From assembly GCF_009914755.1 (NCBI RefSeq), contig NC_060933.1: 64,000 nt of DNA; one strand, given 5' to 3'. The notes under the pieces are model-generated. The model worked only from the letters and a program-made list of their open reading frames with translations, searched no databases and was not told the DNA's origin. The translations under genes and the position numbers were made by a program. This document shows positions 60,640-64,000 of the stretch, in pieces. Numbering within the stretch: position 1 is the first letter of the stretch; each line of letters starts with the position of its first letter. Source of the stretch: the human T2T-CHM13v2.0 reference genome, Homo sapiens.

Positions 60640-61900
60640 CTACTTCAATTTCTTATGGTTCTAACTGTTGCAAAATTCTTTATTAGTATTGACCCCAAAT
60701 CCATTTTCACGCAATGACCACTCATGGGTCTTGGTTCCACATTCTGAACAACCCAGAACAAGTAAAAGCCCTCTTCTGTAAACTACAGCATTCAAATACT
60801 AGGTTATTATCCATCTATCTCCTGCTGTTGTCAAGTTCAAGTTTTCTCACTTTCAGAATGCATTCCATATAAACTGGCCATCCTGGTCACCAGCAGGTAT
60901 TATTAAAAAAAAAAAAAAAAGTGTCCACGTGGAAAGCATCCTTCAGTTGTGGTCTGACAAAGCAAAAGTCCAATGACTGGACACTCTACCTCCATTGAGC
61001 GTAGCACTAAGTTAATGCTTCTTCACAGCCACATCATACCCTCAGATCACATAAAACTGTAGTGAAGTAAAACCCCAAGATCTTTTCACAAACTGAAAAG
61101 GCCAAGATAAACCACCTCCATTATGACTATGTGTAATTGATTTTTCATCCCAAATGTAAAACTTCATGCTTACTCTTGCTAAGTTCCAGTTTGTTTGGGG
61201 CCCAGCATTTCAGCCTGTCGAAATAATTTTTTTTTTTTTTTTTGAGACAGGGTCTTGCCTTGTTTCCTGGGCTGGGATTCAGTGGTGCGATCTCAGCTCA
61301 CTGCATCACTGCAACCTCCGCCTCCAAGGCTCAAGCCATCCTCCCACCTCAGCATCCCCAGCACCTGGGACTACAGGCACGCACCACCATAACCAGCTAA
61401 TTTTTTGTTGTTGTATTTTTTGTAGAAACAGGGTTTCACCATGCAGCCCAGGCTGGTCTTGAACTCCTGGGCTCAAGTGATTTGCCCACCTCAGCCTCCA
61501 AAAATGCTAGGATTACAGGTGTGAGCCACTGGGCATAACCAAGATAATTTTGAATCTTCATTCTGTCATCTATTATGCTTGCTATGTTCTTCTCACTTTG
61601 TGTTCTCAGCACACTTGATAAGGATGTCTTCTGTGTCTTCATCCAAGTTTTGATTAAAAATGTTGAACATGACAAAGCTAACAATAGAGTTCTAGGGCAT
61701 GGGGATATTGTTCCAGTATCACTAACAATGGTGACATTGTTTTAAGCAGGTAAAAAGCCATCTGTTGAAACTCTTCTGGCCTGCTTGTTCAATGACCTGG
61801 GAATCCACCTAACCTAATATTGTCATCCAACCCATCTTTCACTAGCTTTATCCACAAGATTATCTTGGCAAGAATTGTTGCAAGGCCAATTGTTTCCTCT
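60640..61900 (-). mobile_element. L3/CR1 LINE RT fragment interrupted by Alu; probably extends to about 60210
   Basis: Minus strand near 61600-61670 reads [25 protein letters not shown], matching CR1 RT LFNIFINDLDEGIE..LIKFADDTK. Confidence 0.72.
61227..61540 (-). mobile_element. AluJb-like
   Basis: Full dimer, T-tail, TSD ataatttt. Confidence 0.92.
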
Positions 61901-62555
61901 TAATTATTTTCTTCCAAACTACATCTTTATTACCTAAAACTGCTCTCCTCTAGCTGCCCAGTTTGTTCTATGTGACCTCACCCCTCCTGATGCTCAGCTG
62001 ATTAGACCACAGGAGACAGCCTCATGCCAGAAGAGCCACCTGTCACAGGCTGGACCCAACCAGGAGCTCTTTTCTGTGGAATTTGGAAACAGCACATTAA
62101 ACTCTTTAGTTCTCTGAAATGAGAAGTGGTATGAAGCTAGGGCTGGGGTAGCCACAGACAGCCAACGTGCAGAGGAAGTCAGAGTACCCAGAAGAAAACA
62201 GATCAGACACCGCAAGAGCCATAAGGTCCGAGAAAGACACATACTCCCAACTAGCCATTAAATACTTTTGATGAACTCAGGAAAACATCTGTCCACCTTC
62301 AGGTCTGTGCCCCATGTCCCCTTTTCCCTGACTTCTCTTGAGGTCGCCAGCAGAGGCTGTAGAAGACCTCTGCAGACACCTTCTGGGCCCTGACATGGAA
62401 GTTCTCTGGACCTGAAAAAACACCGCTATAGATGATGGGAATCCCACTGTCTGAGGATCACTGATTTTTGACAGTCTAGAGATATTCAAGGACCTGAACA
62501 AGTTCACAAAGCTTGTAAGTAATTAAATCCAGGACTGCAATCCCAACAGTCATAG

Positions 62556-63285
62556 TGAGAGGTGAAGCCAGCTGAGCTTCTGGGTCAGGTGGGTACTTGG
62601 AGAACTTTTGTGTCTAGCTAAAGGATTGCAAATGCACCAATCAGCACTCTGTAAAACTGCACCAGTCAGCAATCTGTGTCTAGCTAAAGCATTGTAAACG
62701 CACCAATCAGCACTCTGTAAAATGGACCAATCAGCACTCTGTAAAATGGACCAATCAACACTCTGTAAAATGGACCAATCAGAAGGATGTGGGCAGGGCC
62801 CAGTAAGGAAATAAAAGCTGGCCACCCAAGCCAGCAAGGGCAACCTGCTCAGCAGTGGCAACTGGCTCGGGTCCCCTTCCCCATTGTGGAAGCTTTGTTC
62901 TTTTGCTCTTCACAATAAATCTTGCTGCTGCTCACTCCTTGGGTCCGCACTATCTTTATGAGCTGTAACACTCAGTGTGAGTTTCTGTGGCTTCATTCCT
63001 GAAATCAGCAAGACCACGAACCCACGGGGAGAAACGAACAACTCCGGAGGCGCCACCTTTAAGAGCTGTAACACTCACTGCAAAGGTCTGCAGCTCCACT
63101 CCTTAAGTCAGAGAGATCACCAACCCACTGGAAGGAAGAAACTCTGGACACATCTGAACATCTGAAGGAACAAACTCTGGACACACCATCTGTAAGAACT
63201 GTAACATTCACTGCGAGAGTCTGCGGCTTCATTCTTGAAGTGAGTGAGACCAAGAATCCACCAGAAGGAACCAATTCCAGACACA
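62556..63285 (+). mobile_element. Solo LTR12 (ERV9/ERV1 class), 730 bp
   Basis: TG..CA ends (tgagaggtgaagcc..ttccagacaca); 4-bp TSD atag at 62552-62555 and 63286-63289; ctgtaacactcac U5 repeats. Confidence 0.95.
62637..62815 (+). promoter_or_regulatory. LTR12 U3 CCAAT (NF-Y) array and AATAAA-type TATA box
   Basis: CCAAT at 62637, 62703, 62727, 62751, 62775 (24-bp period), a mutated ccagt at 62662, aataaaagc at about 62810; activity at this copy not shown. Confidence 0.65.
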
Positions 63286-64000
63286 ATAGCATGTTCTTCC
63301 CCTAATATTACTCACTGCCCTCCCATGTGAAGCAAGATAAAGAACAGGGTATTCAATTGACTCTGCTCTTCATTTGGAGCTGTTGTTCACAGATTGTATG
63401 TAGAGTTTTTTTCATTTGCAGAAGACTTGAAATGCATCATACTTGAAAGAGAAATTGGACCATTATGGGGAAAGATAGTGATTTTTAAAAATAGTTACTC
63501 ATAATGGGTAGTTTCTAAAAGTTAAGTTATTGACCAGCACTGGGAGAAACTTAACTGATTTTTTACATTACAACCCCAATTTGTTAACATTAGAATGAAG
63601 GGCTTTTGGATAGTCTAGATATTTAAAATATAAGGATATATTTTGCTTAGCAGCTAATTTGACAGCCATTTAGAAACATTTTTCTTTCCTTTTAGAGAAA
63701 CAACCAGAGAAACTTCAAAGTTACTTTGAACAAGCTGGTAAAGACAATAAAACAGAATAGTAGGGTATGCTATGCAGGGAGTACGTCTTTAATCCCCAGA
63801 GTCATTGTTTTGAAGACTTGCAAAGTTCAAAACTGAACAGCAACTTAACCTTAGTGTTTGTTAATGTCAGTATGAACTCACAAAGCCTAATAAATGCTGG
63901 ACTCAAGTGTAGGCATCCCAGAAAGGGCAGAGAGCCTCCCAGAGTATAAGGAGTAGATGAAGTCTTTGCAAACCATTCTTATCATCAATATTTAATCAAG

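Noticed and set aside
62277-62507. Minus-strand ORF/exon with acceptor ttttttcag at about 62412
   Set aside because: The donor (gaag|gtggac) is weak and the peptide is unrecognisable

Overview
Catarrhine primate (human/ape-like) genomic DNA that looks intronic or intergenic and is dominated by transposable elements. I recognise no protein-coding gene; essentially all listed ORFs derive from Alu, L1, Tigger or VNTR sequence or are short enough to be chance. The window holds about 28 Alu/monomer copies and two full-length but dead L1PA elements in divergent orientation (2265-9127 minus; 37855-45770 plus). It also holds old L1M, L2, MIR and L3/CR1 fragments, DNA transposons (Tigger1, Tigger3a, MER1A, MER20, MER58B, MER5A, MER91), MaLR LTRs and a solo LTR12 with a 4-bp TSD. 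Most notable: (1) a rare SVA2-type VNTR retrotransposon (34 x 40-bp units, unique 3' end, A-tail, TSD) inserted in L1 ORF2, with recent 80/120-bp higher-order expansions; (2) a tailless Alu fused to an L1 3' end inside one TSD; (3) a 35-nt tailless U2 snRNA retrocopy with a perfect TSD; (4) a Tigger1 copy with several templated-insertion scars; (5) deep nested insertions. I find no convincing evidence of a wholly new biological system. Subfamily names come from remembered consensus motifs and need RepeatMasker/Dfam confirmation.
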